Source: a virus
IMG/VR virus record: IMGVR_UViG_3300034356_001231
Coordinates: 23,809-87,808 of that record
Reading direction: 5' to 3' (one strand)
Length of the DNA: 64,000 nt
How positions within the stretch are numbered: position 1 is the first letter of the stretch; every line of letters starts with the position of its first letter. The translations under genes and the position numbers were made by a program. The notes beneath the pieces are model-generated. The model was not told the origin of the DNA. It saw only the letters and a program-made list of their open reading frames with translations, and made no database searches. This document shows positions 8,528 through 18,131 of this stretch, in pieces.

Positions 8528-9095
8528 TTATTTTAATGAAGTTGTTACAATTGCTCAAACTATCGATACAGTCAAGATTGACATATTGGCACAGAAACTT
8601 CGCGATGTTCGTGAAAATAATGGCCGTGTATTTGTTCTTGGCGTTGGTGGTAGTGCTGGTAACGCTTCCCATATGGTCAACGATCTTAGAAAGCTATGTG
8701 GTATCCAGGCATATTGTCCTACCGACAACGTTCCGGAACTCACAGCACGAACTAATGATGAAGGATTCGACACAGTCTTCGAAGAGTATCTAAAGGTAAG
8801 TAGACTTAGTCCTTTTGATGCTATCTTTATTTTATCAGTTGGTGGTGGCAACAAAGAAAAGAACGTATCAGTTGGTCTAATCAATGCTATTGATCTTGCT
8901 GATGCTATTGGCGCTAACATTTTTGGTATAGTTGGCAAGAATGATGGCTATACTTATAAAATGGGCGATTGTGTTGTATGTGTACCTGCTGTTGATAATA
9001 CACGTGTAACTCCTCACTCAGAAGCATTCCAGGGCGTAGTCTGGCATTGCTTAGTTTCTAATCCAATCTTACAGAAGAATGCAACAAAATGGTAA
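8511..9095 (+). CDS. gmhA: Sedoheptulose-7-phosphate isomerase (SIS domain)
   Basis: GVGGSAGNASH, LTARTNDEG, SVGG, EAFQ...H. Confidence 0.85.
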   Translation: MSHTDNYFNEVVTIAQTIDTVKIDILAQKLRDVRENNGRVFVLGVGGSAGNASHMVNDLRKLCGIQAYCPTDNVPELTARTNDEGFDTVFEEYLKVSRLSPFDAIFILSVGGGNKEKNVSVGLINAIDLADAIGANIFGIVGKNDGYTYKMGDCVVCVPAVDNTRVTPHSEAFQGVVWHCLVSNPILQKNATKW

Positions 9096-9631
9096 AAGCG
9101 ATATTTCTAGATCGTGATGGCACGATCAATGAACTTGTTCATGGCAGAGAAAACCCAAAGCACGTTTGCCCTTGGTATTTTGCAGAGTTCAATTATATTG
9201 ACGGTATAGAAGAAGCGATTAAAGGGTTTAGAGCTCTTGGCTTTTCTCTTCATGTTGTAACCAATCAGCCGGATGTTGATGATGGTTATACTACTGAAGA
9301 TACTATGAACGCTATTCATAATTGTATCAAAGCAGATTTAAAAGTGGATACAATTCAGGCAGCAAGAACACGTGGCACTGAAGAGTATAAACCTAATCCT
9401 GGTATGCTTAATAATATCATTAAAGAGTGGCATGTTTCAAAGGAACGTAGCTGGATGATTGGCGATACTTGGCGAGACGTAGTAGCAGGTAATAGGGCTG
9501 GCGTTAAGACTATATACCTTGGTGATATATATTCTGCTCCTGAAGAATGGTTGCATATTAAGCCAGACTTCTATGCTAAGAATCTTCTAGAAGCAGTTAA
9601 CATTATTCAACAGAATGTAGGTGGACAATGA
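9089..9631 (+). CDS. gmhB: Heptose-1,7-bisphosphate phosphatase (HAD IIIA)
   Basis: FLDRDGTIN, VTNQ, KPNPGM, MIGDTWRD..AG. Confidence 0.88.
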   Translation: MVKAIFLDRDGTINELVHGRENPKHVCPWYFAEFNYIDGIEEAIKGFRALGFSLHVVTNQPDVDDGYTTEDTMNAIHNCIKADLKVDTIQAARTRGTEEYKPNPGMLNNIIKEWHVSKERSWMIGDTWRDVVAGNRAGVKTIYLGDIYSAPEEWLHIKPDFYAKNLLEAVNIIQQNVGGQ

Positions 9632-10368
9632 TTGAGATTTATGCTGATGGCGCAGACTTTGATGGTATTCTAAAGGCTGCTGAGAATCCAAGGGTTACAG
9701 GATTCACTACTAATCCAACGCTAATGAAGCAAGCTGGCGTTACTGATTATGAGAATTTTGCTAAAGATATTATTAAAGAATTATCAGTTCGTCGTCCAGG
9801 AACTAATATCTCTCTAGAAGTATTTGCTGATGATGTAAATGGAATGTATGATCAGGCAAAGAAGATTGCTTCATGGGGCGAAGAATATGGATACGATGTG
9901 TTTGTTAAAATCCCTGTTACAAACACAAAGGGTGAAAATAATTATGGTTTGATTCGTTTGCTAAACAGTGAAGGTGTAAAGGTAAATGTTACAGCTGTCT
10001 TTACTGTCAATCAGACACGTAACATTCTAGATAATATTACTAATCCAGATGTACCCGTTATCATTTCTATTTTCTCTGGACGTATCGCTGATACACTTCG
10101 CGATCCAGTTTTGTGGACAAAACATTGTGTTGGCGAAGCTATGGACAAGCCAGAAGAATTTGATAAGATTAAGTTCCTTTGGGCTTCGTGTCGCGAACAG
10201 TATCATCTTGTGATGGCTGAACAAGCAGGTTGTAATATTATTACTATGCTTCACGATCAGATCAAGAAGCTAAGTCTAGCTAATAAAGATCTAGATGTAT
10301 TCTCTAAAGAAACTGTTCAAATGTTTTATAATGATGCTGTTGCATCCGGATATAGGATTGAAGTATAA
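9628..10368 (+). CDS. tal: Transaldolase (TalC/MipB type)
   Basis: GFTTNPTL, SLEV, FVKIP (Schiff-base Lys), VNVTAVF, SIFSGR, WAS.R. Confidence 0.9.
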   Translation: MIEIYADGADFDGILKAAENPRVTGFTTNPTLMKQAGVTDYENFAKDIIKELSVRRPGTNISLEVFADDVNGMYDQAKKIASWGEEYGYDVFVKIPVTNTKGENNYGLIRLLNSEGVKVNVTAVFTVNQTRNILDNITNPDVPVIISIFSGRIADTLRDPVLWTKHCVGEAMDKPEEFDKIKFLWASCREQYHLVMAEQAGCNIITMLHDQIKKLSLANKDLDVFSKETVQMFYNDAVASGYRIEV

Positions 10369-11372
10369 TGAAGGGATTTGAAGAAAACGAAATTTCAGCT
10401 AAAGCTCAAGGCGGTACAGAAATTGCTAAACGTAAGTTGGCATCAATTATTGACGAAAAGCTGCTTGATAATTTCCAGATTGTTTGTTCACGTCCGAGAG
10501 AATTAGACGAATCTAAGATTCGAATTTTTTGGTGTCATGATATGCCAGAAGATCCAGAGTCTGCTAAGTTCAGAGATACAGAATGGCGTGACAAGTTTCA
10601 CAAATTTGTATTCATTTCTAACTGGCAGTTTCAGCGCTACCAGGGAATGCACGGCATTCCCATGGACAGTAAGTGTATTATTCTAGAGTCTGGTATTGAA
10701 CCAGCACCAGAGTCATGCCTAGAAAAGTCATATGATGATAAGATTAGATTGGTTTATACATCTACACCACAACGTGGTCTAGAGATTCTTGTTCCTGTAT
10801 TTGAATTTCTAAATCAAACACAGGATGACATTCATCTAGATGTATTCTCTTCTTTTAAGATTTATGGATGGGACGAATACGATAAACAGTTCGAACCATT
10901 ATACGAACAGGTTCGTAATAATCCAAACATGACTTATCATGGATTTGTTCCTAACGCAGAACTAAAAGAATATCTAAACAAGTCTCATATATTTGCTTAT
11001 CCTTCTATTTGGCCAGAGACTAGCTGTCGTGCTATGCTAGAAGCAATGTCAGCAGGACTTGTTTGTGTTCATCCAAATCTTGGCGCTCTACCAGAAACTT
11101 CTGGTGCATTGAATGTTATGTACCAAATTGATATGGACAAAAATATGCACGGTAGTATTTTTGCCGGTAATCTCAATGCAGCTATAGAGTTAGTTCGGCA
11201 GAAAAATCAAGACAATATGATTAGATTCAATAAAACATATGTTGATTCTAGATATAATATTGATTTCATCAAAAGCAAATGGGAATTTATGTTAAAAGAT
11301 CTTGTCAAGAGATATCCTGATGAAGATTCAAGAAAGTTTCCTGAAGCTATGTTTACTTATAAGACGAGCTAA
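10368..11372 (+). CDS. GT-B (GT4-like) glycosyltransferase
   Basis: GGTE, WCHD, YTSTPQRGL, YPSIWPETSC..LEAMSAG. Confidence 0.85.
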   Translation: MKGFEENEISAKAQGGTEIAKRKLASIIDEKLLDNFQIVCSRPRELDESKIRIFWCHDMPEDPESAKFRDTEWRDKFHKFVFISNWQFQRYQGMHGIPMDSKCIILESGIEPAPESCLEKSYDDKIRLVYTSTPQRGLEILVPVFEFLNQTQDDIHLDVFSSFKIYGWDEYDKQFEPLYEQVRNNPNMTYHGFVPNAELKEYLNKSHIFAYPSIWPETSCRAMLEAMSAGLVCVHPNLGALPETSGALNVMYQIDMDKNMHGSIFAGNLNAAIELVRQKNQDNMIRFNKTYVDSRYNIDFIKSKWEFMLKDLVKRYPDEDSRKFPEAMFTYKTS

Positions 11373-11376
11373 CAAA

Positions 11377-12366
11377 ATGATCTTAACAAAGACTCCTCTA
11401 CGTGTATCCTTCTTTAGTGGAGGAAGTGATATGCCATCCTTCTACGAGCAGGAGGATGGCGCTGCTCTTTCTGTTACTATTGACAAATTCATTTATGTCT
11501 TTGCTCACAAAGTCCCACATATGGGTGTACGTTGTATGTATGATGACGTTGAAGAGCAACATGATATTGAACAAATGCAGCATGCTATTACTCGTGAGAC
11601 ACTCAAGTATTATAATGTCACAAAGGAACTAACAGTTGCATCCATTTCAGATATTGTCACTAAGGGTTCTGGGCTCGGTTCTTCTTCTGCTTTTACTGTG
11701 GGTTTGGTAAAGGCTCTTTCTTGCACCAAATATGATAATAGCACACGTAAGTACGTTGCTGACATTGCATGTCAGATAGAAATGGATAAGTGCGGCTATC
11801 CTGTTGGTAAGCAAGATCAGTATGCTGCTGCATTTGGTGGAATGAATCTATTTCGTTTCAGAAAAAATGGTGAAGTAGAAGTAGAAGAACTACGTTTAAC
11901 TAATCCTAATGTCGAGGCTCTCGAGAAAAATCTAATGCTTGTTTACTCTGGTAGAAGTAGAAATGCTAATAACATTCTACAAAAGCAGCAAAAAGCAATG
12001 ATGGATAATGATAAATTTAACAAGGTCAAACGCTCTAAAGATAAAGCGTTCGAAGGTATGGATCTAATCCTCAAAGGAAAGATCGATGACTTCGGTAGAC
12101 TACTACACGAATCTTGGTTAGATAAAAAAGGTGTTTGCGAAGAGATCACCCAAGATTATTTCGATAATGTTTATCAAACAGCGATCGAAGCCGGAGCTCT
12201 TGGTGGTAAACTACTGGGTGCTGGTGGTGGAGGATTTTTTATTTTCTACGTGCCAGAAAAATATAGAACATCTGTAGAGGGCGCTATCTCTAATTTTCAT
12301 AAAGAATGCAAAATCTATGATTTCGAATTTTATGGATCCGGTTCTCATATGGTCTACCAGAACTAA
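11377..12366 (+). CDS. hddA: D-glycero-alpha-D-manno-heptose-7-phosphate kinase (GHMP family)
   Basis: TPLRVSFFSGGSD, GSGLGSSS, GKQDQYAAAFGG, GGKLLGAGGGG. Confidence 0.88.
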   Translation: MILTKTPLRVSFFSGGSDMPSFYEQEDGAALSVTIDKFIYVFAHKVPHMGVRCMYDDVEEQHDIEQMQHAITRETLKYYNVTKELTVASISDIVTKGSGLGSSSAFTVGLVKALSCTKYDNSTRKYVADIACQIEMDKCGYPVGKQDQYAAAFGGMNLFRFRKNGEVEVEELRLTNPNVEALEKNLMLVYSGRSRNANNILQKQQKAMMDNDKFNKVKRSKDKAFEGMDLILKGKIDDFGRLLHESWLDKKGVCEEITQDYFDNVYQTAIEAGALGGKLLGAGGGGFFIFYVPEKYRTSVEGAISNFHKECKIYDFEFYGSGSHMVYQN

Positions 12367-12373
12367 ATACTAT

Positions 12374-12402
12374 TGACTTTTTATATTTTATAAGGTATAA
12401 TG
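12374..12402 (+). promoter_or_regulatory. Sigma70-type early promoter
   Basis: TTGACT-17 nt-TATAAT. Confidence 0.7.
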
Positions 12403-12407
12403 TAACT

Positions 12408-12797
12408 ATGAATTCGAATAATGTAGTGAGCTTTCCAAAAGGTAAGACTGTTAGTCGGGATATCACTCTAGAAGATATCCAGCAAAATATGGATATGATG
12501 AGGCATTATCATATCCAAGAAACAATCCAAAACTTAGTACCTATGATTTTCAATCAATTAGATATAGCTGGTTTTGGATTGATTGAAGATGATGTAGACG
12601 TAGATATAAAGGATGGCGCTCTTATAGTCGAAGCATTACGTTCATTAATGCTAAAACACTATGATATGCACCATCCTTTTCAGCAAGTATCAGATGCAAT
12701 CTTTGTACCTCATCCTAAAGAAGAAGGTGCGTTTAAGATTGTAGATAAGATAGAACTAGAACTACTACCAATTAGCGAAACTGAAGAAACCGAATAG
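12408..12797 (+). CDS. Hypothetical T4-like protein
   Basis: ORF directly after the promoter; NVVSFP N-terminus. Confidence 0.75.
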   Translation: MNSNNVVSFPKGKTVSRDITLEDIQQNMDMMRHYHIQETIQNLVPMIFNQLDIAGFGLIEDDVDVDIKDGALIVEALRSLMLKHYDMHHPFQQVSDAIFVPHPKEEGAFKIVDKIELELLPISETEETE

Positions 12798-12804
12798 GTG
12801 AATT

Positions 12805-13662
12805 GTGATTATCGTTGACTTGAATCAGGTGATGTTGTCAAATTTGTTGATGCAACTTGGCAACCATACCAACGCACAGCTTGAAGAAAATATGGTTCGC
12901 CATATGATCCTAAACTCTTTACGATCATACAAAGTAAAATTTGGCGATGAGTATGGTGAAATGGTTATTGCTTGTGACAACACTAACTATTGGCGTAAGC
13001 AAATCTTTCCTTATTATAAGGCTAATCGTAAGAAGAATATTGAATCTTCCGAACTTGATTGGAAGGCTCTGTTCGAATGCCTTAATAAGATTCGTGCAGA
13101 ACTAAAAGAGTATTTTCCCTATAGAGTAATTGATGTTGAGTCAGCAGAAGCTGATGACATTATTTCCACACTTGTTTCTAAGTTCGGCTCAGAACTAAAT
13201 ACTGGTGAAAAAATTCTAATTCTTTCAGGCGATAAAGACTTCATTCAATTGCACGTATATCCTAACGTAAAACAGTATGATCCTACTCGTAAGAAGTGGG
13301 TTTCTCATGAGGATCCAGAGAGATATCTTCATGAACATATTCTAAAGGGAGATGCCGGAGATGGTGTACCTAATGTGCTTTCTCCTGATAATGTTTTTGT
13401 TGTGGGTGATCGACAAAGACCCCTGACAGCAAAAAAGATGGAAAAGATCATGGGCACTGATCTTGAAGATATGGACACAGTTACCGCCCGTAACTATTCT
13501 CGTAATGTGAGATTGATCGATCTCAGTTTTACTCCAGATCATATCCGCCAAAAGGTTATGGAACAATATGAAGCGCAAGCAAATCGTGATCGTAGCAAAC
13601 TACTAAATTATTTTATAGCAAACAAACTCAAAAACCTTACTGAACATTTGAGTGAATTTTAG
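12805..13662 (+). CDS. rnh: T4-type RNase H / 5'-3' exonuclease
   Basis: IIVDLNQ, WRK..FPYYKANR, EADD, SGDKDFIQL, GDAGDGVPN. Confidence 0.93.
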   Translation: MIIVDLNQVMLSNLLMQLGNHTNAQLEENMVRHMILNSLRSYKVKFGDEYGEMVIACDNTNYWRKQIFPYYKANRKKNIESSELDWKALFECLNKIRAELKEYFPYRVIDVESAEADDIISTLVSKFGSELNTGEKILILSGDKDFIQLHVYPNVKQYDPTRKKWVSHEDPERYLHEHILKGDAGDGVPNVLSPDNVFVVGDRQRPLTAKKMEKIMGTDLEDMDTVTARNYSRNVRLIDLSFTPDHIRQKVMEQYEAQANRDRSKLLNYFIANKLKNLTEHLSEF

Positions 13663-13671
13663 GAGATAATA

Positions 13672-14091
13672 ATGGCTGTCCTTGGGATGTATGAATTTTT
13701 ACACAAGGTTTCTAAACTAAAAAAGACGCAGGAAAAAGTTGATAATCTGAAGGGTAATGATACTATGGCTTTGCGGATTGTTCTGCAGGCTGTGTTCGAT
13801 CCAAATGTCAAGTTCCTCTTACCAGAAGGCGAACCACCTTATAGGCCAAATGAAATCGTAGATCAGCAGCATGTGTTCCACAGAGAAGCTGATAAAATTA
13901 GATATTTCGTCGAAGGATTCTATCCCAATCTCAATCAAATGAAACGTGAAGCAATGTTCGTAGAGTTTCTAGAGAGACTAGATCCCGACGATGCGAAACT
14001 TGTCCTAGCAATGAAGGATAAGAAGATGCCATTTCCCGGCATCACTGTTCAACACGTCAAAGAAGCACTACCAGGGTTAATCGCAGAATGA
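13672..14091 (+). CDS. Conserved T4-like hypothetical protein
   Basis: FLLPEGEPPY, KRE.MF.EFLE.L..DA motif; sits after rnh. Confidence 0.8.
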   Translation: MAVLGMYEFLHKVSKLKKTQEKVDNLKGNDTMALRIVLQAVFDPNVKFLLPEGEPPYRPNEIVDQQHVFHREADKIRYFVEGFYPNLNQMKREAMFVEFLERLDPDDAKLVLAMKDKKMPFPGITVQHVKEALPGLIAE

Positions 14092-14288
14092 GCAAGTCAG
14101 CACTAAAGAAGTTTAAGAAGAACGATTATTCAGATCACGAAGAATTTCACGACGATCCTCGTGAACGTGAGAACAAACGTAAGGCCAAACGAGTTGAACG
14201 TGCCTTACGTACAAAAGATATCTCTGCTCTAATCGAAGACGATGAAGATTTTATTGACGATATCTCTCAAGATATTTGGAGAGATTGA
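14088..14288 (+). CDS. Hypothetical protein
   Basis: ATGA overlap with the upstream gene. Confidence 0.7.
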   Translation: MSKSALKKFKKNDYSDHEEFHDDPRERENKRKAKRVERALRTKDISALIEDDEDFIDDISQDIWRD

Positions 14289-14530
14289 TGCCAACGTATA
14301 AGTTTTTAAATAATGAAACTGGCGAAGAGTATGAAAACTTTATGTCGATATCGGAACTTGATGCATACTTGCAAGAAAATCCACATATCACTCAACTCGT
14401 AAATGGCGCTCCTATGATCCATTCTGGCAGAGGCATGGGCAAACCTGATCAGGGTTTCCGTGATCTGCTTAAACATATGAAGAAGGGAAATAATAAAGGT
14501 ATTACGAGGAGCACTATCAACACATTCTAA
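14288..14530 (+). CDS. FmdB-like small protein
   Basis: MPTYKF.N..TGE N-terminus. Confidence 0.7.
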   Translation: MPTYKFLNNETGEEYENFMSISELDAYLQENPHITQLVNGAPMIHSGRGMGKPDQGFRDLLKHMKKGNNKGITRSTINTF

Positions 14531-14538
14531 GGGGTAAA

Positions 14539-15300
14539 ATGGAAGAAGAACATACAACAAAGAGATTAACCCGTAAAGAAAAAAGACTTCTTCGCCAACA
14601 AGGAAAACCTGTTAAAGAAAATTATCAAGAAAAATTAAATTTCAATTTAAGGCATTTTGATCCTCTGACAGAAAACCAAAGATGTACGTTTAAGGCGTTC
14701 TCTGAGGAAAAAAATTTAATGTTGCATGGCATTGCAGGAACAGGCAAATCCTTCATGGCCATGTATCTATCTCTTAAACAAGTATTGGGAAATCCTGACT
14801 GTTCTTTTAAAAAGATTGTTATCGTGCGCACAGTGGTGCCCACCAGAGACATGGGGTTTTTGCCAGGTAATTCCAAAGAGAAAACTAAAGTATATGAAGC
14901 TCCCTATTACGCAATCTGTAATGAATTATTTGGTAGAGGAGACGCATACGACTATCTTAAAAATAAGAACCTTGTTGAGTTTATTTCTACATCTTTTATA
15001 CGTGGTATTACTCTTAATGATTGTATAGTTATTGTTGATGAGATGCAGAACGCAACTCTTCATGAGTTAGACTCTGTCATCACTCGTATTGGCCATAATT
15101 GTAAAGTCATATTCTGTGGTGATTTCAGGCAAACAGACTTTACTAGAGAGCATGAGAAAAACGGATTGACGGATTTCATGAGAATTGTCAAATCTATGAG
15201 ATCGTTTTCGTTGATAGAGTTCAATGCAGAAGATATCGTAAGGTCTGCTCTTGTAAAAGAATATATAGTTCTAAAGGACAAAATGAGGATCATAACATGA
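14539..15300 (+). CDS. phoH: PhoH family ATPase
   Basis: GIAGTGKS, MGFLPG, FIRGIT, VDEMQN, GDFRQTD, DIVRS. Confidence 0.93.
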   Translation: MEEEHTTKRLTRKEKRLLRQQGKPVKENYQEKLNFNLRHFDPLTENQRCTFKAFSEEKNLMLHGIAGTGKSFMAMYLSLKQVLGNPDCSFKKIVIVRTVVPTRDMGFLPGNSKEKTKVYEAPYYAICNELFGRGDAYDYLKNKNLVEFISTSFIRGITLNDCIVIVDEMQNATLHELDSVITRIGHNCKVIFCGDFRQTDFTREHEKNGLTDFMRIVKSMRSFSLIEFNAEDIVRSALVKEYIVLKDKMRIIT

Positions 15301-15968
15301 GCGAATCTTTTAATTTTTCCGACTACTGGCCAAAACCAGATCTTGGTAAACTCTATCACTACAAAGGTTTCAATCCCGCTGATCAAAAATATATTGAATG
15401 GGTTGTATGGAATTCAGGAGAGAATGGAATATTCTTTCAAGAAGATTATCATGATAGCAAATGGACAGCTACTTGGGTAATGAATTACCAATACTATGAC
15501 TCAAATAATAACTATCTTGGAGTTATGGAAACAGCCGACATTTATCCAAAATATTCTTATCAATTCTGGGCAAATTTCAGAACGACTTCTTTCGTAAAAG
15601 GATATGAAATTCCATGGGGTGGATTGCAGAAAGTTGGAGATTTAATAGACAAACCTTTAAAAATATCTTTCTTCAATTCTACATTCTTTACATTTCCTTC
15701 GCCAGGTAGGCAGGTCGTTAAGTTCGAAGCTAGACATCCAACTTATGTAAATAAGAATGGTGTGCTATATAATGATGTTCTAGAAGTAACATATGACCAA
15801 ACCTTCGGCGAAAAGACAGCTGGCGCTAGAAGCTGGTTCGCTAAGGATTTTGGTATCGTTGAGACCCAATGGCGTTGGAAGGGGCAAGATATTGGTGATA
15901 TTTTGCCAATGACAATACGTATTGATAATGGATATATAGATGAAAACAAATACCCAGTTTGGACGTAA
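15297..15968 (+). CDS. Aromatic-rich hypothetical protein
   Basis: 223-aa ORF with ATGA overlap; no family recognised. Confidence 0.7.
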   Translation: MSESFNFSDYWPKPDLGKLYHYKGFNPADQKYIEWVVWNSGENGIFFQEDYHDSKWTATWVMNYQYYDSNNNYLGVMETADIYPKYSYQFWANFRTTSFVKGYEIPWGGLQKVGDLIDKPLKISFFNSTFFTFPSPGRQVVKFEARHPTYVNKNGVLYNDVLEVTYDQTFGEKTAGARSWFAKDFGIVETQWRWKGQDIGDILPMTIRIDNGYIDENKYPVWT

Positions 15969-16617
15969 ATTATTTAAACATAATCTAGTACCAGAAGTTG
16001 AGATAGATACTCAGACTATAGATGGCAAAAGATATTATGTGTTACCGAACGGAGAAAAATTCCGTTCGGTAACGACTGTATTAGATGGAGCGTTAGACAA
16101 AACAGCACTAATGGAGTGGAAGAAGCGTGTCGGTCACGAAGAAGCTCAAAAGATTTCTACGCAAGCTGCTCGTCGTGGAACCGCCGTACATTCCATCGCA
16201 GAACGTTATGTGCTCAATGAAGAGAACCATCTTCGGGGTGCTATGCCTTCTGGAATTGATGCTTTCAAGGGCATTCAAACGTTATTAGACAAACATGTAG
16301 ATAACATTCTCGGCGTAGAGTTACCTTTATATTCGGTTGCTCTTAGGACTGCCGGGCGTTGTGATCTTATTGCAGAGTTTAATGGAACCCCTTCTATCAT
16401 TGATTTTAAAACAAGTCGTAAGTTAAAGAAAGAAGAATGGATTGAATCTTATTTTCTTCAAGCCACAACTTATTCTCTAATGTTCGAACGTATGTATAAA
16501 ATACATGTTCCGCAGATCGCAATACTTATAGCTGTAGATCATGAAGAACCACAGCTATTCGTGAAAGATCGTGGAGATTATGTTAATAGAGTATTAGAGA
16601 TATTCACAAAAGAATAG
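15940..16617 (+). CDS. PD-(D/E)xK exonuclease (Cas4-like phage exonuclease)
   Basis: SVTTVL, RGTAVH, AGRCD, IIDFKTS, YFLQ..Y. Confidence 0.88.
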   Translation: MKTNTQFGRKLFKHNLVPEVEIDTQTIDGKRYYVLPNGEKFRSVTTVLDGALDKTALMEWKKRVGHEEAQKISTQAARRGTAVHSIAERYVLNEENHLRGAMPSGIDAFKGIQTLLDKHVDNILGVELPLYSVALRTAGRCDLIAEFNGTPSIIDFKTSRKLKKEEWIESYFLQATTYSLMFERMYKIHVPQIAILIAVDHEEPQLFVKDRGDYVNRVLEIFTKE

Positions 16618-16918
16618 CTGCAATAATTCCTAAAATTATTATAGTCCAGAATAAATCTGATATACTACCTTTAGGTTTTCTGCCTCTTTTTCTACGATAT
16701 CCCCCAGTAGTTTTACTAGTAGTATACCATGAATTCGGCCCAACCTTTAATGATTGGGTCGTTCTAGATCTTCCAGTTTTTTGATTGGTTGAGTAGGTAG
16801 TTCTCATACCTTTCTCACCATAAGAGGTAGATGTGGTTATACCTCTTTTACCACCCCATGAAGTAGTGGTTCTAACTGGTCCGGTTTTCTTTGTGATTCG
16901 AGTTCTTACATTTCCCAT
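16604..16918 (-). CDS. Basic Thr-rich protein with a C-terminal TM anchor
   Basis: Hydrophobic C-terminus; TATAAATA late promoter at 16924-16931 on the - strand. Confidence 0.7.
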   Translation of the reverse strand: MGNVRTRITKKTGPVRTTTSWGGKRGITTSTSYGEKGMRTTYSTNQKTGRSRTTQSLKVGPNSWYTTSKTTGGYRRKRGRKPKGSISDLFWTIIILGIIAAILL

Positions 16919-16926
16919 ATATCTAT

Positions 16927-17340
16927 TTATAGGTTATTGACACCGTAAAAACTTTCTTGATCAGTGGAATATACCGTACGTTTAATGCCAAAATGTTCTA
17001 TAGCTTTCTGGCAACCAGGGCAAGGTTCAGCCAACCCAGTCACCCAGTTAGTATCTCCCTTGTTTTGTTTCTTAACACGGTAGACATATAGGGTGGCATC
17101 TTTTAGATCGTCTTCATCGACAACCTTCAACGCTTTGATAATACAATCTACCTCTGCATGTTTAAAGATCGCATCGTTATTCTTTGCGAATCTTTTTTGT
17201 AGAGGATGAGACTTATCTGAGTTGAAACCGACAGAGATAATCTCGTTACGAATAACAAGACACGCTGCCAGTTTCATTTTCATATTGTTGGAAGTAGCAA
17301 GTCTACGGACAAAGTCCATATATTTTTTATCACGAGACAT
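16927..17340 (-). CDS. Zn-dependent deaminase (CDA/TadA fold)
   Basis: HAE and EPCPGC motifs, GFN. Confidence 0.85.
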   Translation of the reverse strand: MSRDKKYMDFVRRLATSNNMKMKLAACLVIRNEIISVGFNSDKSHPLQKRFAKNNDAIFKHAEVDCIIKALKVVDEDDLKDATLYVYRVKKQNKGDTNWVTGLAEPCPGCQKAIEHFGIKRTVYSTDQESFYGVNNL

Positions 17341-17356
17341 TACATACCATAAGAAT

Positions 17357-17430
17357 TGGAGCGGGCGAAGGGAATCGAACCCTCGTCTTTAGTTTGGAAG
17401 ACTATGGCTCTGCCATTGAGCTACACCCGC
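17357..17430 (-). tRNA. tRNA-Gly(UCC)
   Basis: Cloverleaf, loop CTTCCAA, CCA. Confidence 0.92.
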
Positions 17431-17432
17431 AA

Positions 17433-17540
17433 TTAGTTCACACTTGTCATTATATTGATATCGCTTACAACAAAACCAATTACAATTGTTATAAGAAAGA
17501 AACAAACAATCTTTATAATAGCACTAGTCTTGTGATCCAT
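17433..17540 (-). CDS. 35-aa single-TM peptide
   Basis: AAAGGAAA RBS; MDHKTSAIIKIVCFFLITIVIGFVV... Confidence 0.55.
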   Translation of the reverse strand: MDHKTSAIIKIVCFFLITIVIGFVVSDINIMTSVN

Positions 17541-17557
17541 AATATATTTCCTTTAGT

Positions 17558-17632
17558 TGGCTCGGGGACCTGGACTCGAACCAAGAACGACTGAGTCAGA
17601 GTCAGCAGTTTTACCAATTAAACTATCCCCGA
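17558..17632 (-). tRNA. tRNA-Gln(CUG)
   Basis: Loop CTCTGAC, CCA. Confidence 0.92.
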
Positions 17633-17633
17633 A

Positions 17634-17709
17634 TGGTGCTGGCAGAAGGAATCGAACCCTCGACCTGATGCTTACAAGGCAACTGCTCTACCGTCTGAGC
17701 TATACCAGC
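17634..17709 (-). tRNA. tRNA-Thr(UGU)
   Basis: Loop CTTGTAA, CCA. Confidence 0.92.
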
Positions 17710-17710
17710 A

Positions 17711-18130
17711 TTAATACGCAGGAACCAAACAACTCTGAACCAGATCTGCCCCACCAAACAACTGGCCGAACAAATCATAAGGATCAACATACATTGCACA
17801 GTTCCGAGAAGCTGCTACAGGAACGTTCAGTGGATATCCTGGCGGCGAATAAATGTTAGACGCTTCTGGTGTTGGAACGTAACTATAAACAGGAACCAAC
17901 GGTGCAGGCTGAACAGGAACTACTACAGGAACTGCGATCGTTGAACTAATAGGTCCAGGACCAGCAGGAAGATACTCGACCGCTACCGGAACAGGAACGG
18001 TCTTTACAACCTTCTTGACTATTGGTCTTTGAACATTGATATTGCAGTTGTTACATTGATCAATGTTGTAGTTTCCGGCCAAAGCAGGAGTTGTAAGCAT
18101 AAGAGCAAATGCTAATACTAGCTTTTTCAT
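17711..18130 (-). CDS. Secreted Pro/Val-rich protein
   Basis: Probable start MKKLVLAFALMLTTPALA (signal peptide) at 18130. Confidence 0.7.
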   Translation of the reverse strand: MKKLVLAFALMLTTPALAGNYNIDQCNNCNINVQRPIVKKVVKTVPVPVAVEYLPAGPGPISSTIAVPVVVPVQPAPLVPVYSYVPTPEASNIYSPPGYPLNVPVAASRNCAMYVDPYDLFGQLFGGADLVQSCLVPAY

Positions 18131-18131
18131 C

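Noticed and set aside
15940-16617. CRISPR-Cas (Cas4-like gene)
   Set aside because: No repeat-spacer array or other cas genes; this is the usual stand-alone T4-like exonuclease.
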